A program made the translations under genes and the position numbers. A stretch of 64,000 nt of DNA from Malacoraja senta (lineage: Eukaryota). The stretch is from the NCBI GenBank assembly GCA_038087875.1, contig CM075988.1, positions 4,278,001 through 4,342,000 on the forward strand. Direction: 5' to 3'. This document shows, in pieces, positions 63,973-64,000 of the stretch (the stretch's first letter is position 1; every line of letters begins with the position of its first letter). Below the pieces are notes generated by a model, which had not been told where the DNA came from, ran no database searches, and was given only the letters and a program-made list of their open reading frames with translations.

Positions 63973-64000
63973 TGATTTGTTTTGATATAATGTATCTTTT

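Larger units (their letters stand above)
56303..64000 (+). mobile_element. Near full-length Tx1-clade (L1 group) LINE
   Basis: ORF1 with CCHC knuckle, then APE endonuclease, RT and C-terminal zinc-finger remnants; 5' boundary approximate. Confidence 0.92.

Overview
Eukaryotic, repeat-saturated, apparently gene-free vertebrate DNA. A cartilaginous fish (skate or ray) is inferred from the abundant HE1-like V-SINEs and their CR1 partner LINEs. I recognise no host gene exon, rRNA, tRNA or CRISPR array, and nearly all ORFs in the track are transposon remnants or repeat artefacts. Main contents: (1) a decayed but structurally complete DIRS1-type tyrosine-recombinase retrotransposon (1319-7001) and the right end of a second copy (1-176); (2) a Tx1-clade LINE (about 56300-64000) with an open 716-aa ORF1 and a shattered ORF2; (3) a young 5'-truncated CR1 LINE (29206-31469) and many CR1, Rex1/Babar, L2, Vingi and Penelope fragments, the Penelope pLTRs carrying minimal hammerhead-like motifs; (4) Harbinger-type and hAT-like MITEs; (5) a non-autonomous Helitron carrying a Tx1 fragment (46849-48011); (6) a 2.4 kb 7-mer satellite that appears to have grown from a CR1-type tail; (7) a 200-N assembly gap. 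The best candidate for something undescribed is a five-copy family of GC-rich non-coding retroposons, up to about 1 kb long. They lack a tRNA head, diverge in sequence while keeping two hairpins with compensatory changes, and end in different LINE-type tails. All family names come from motif recognition, not database searches, and many boundaries are approximate.
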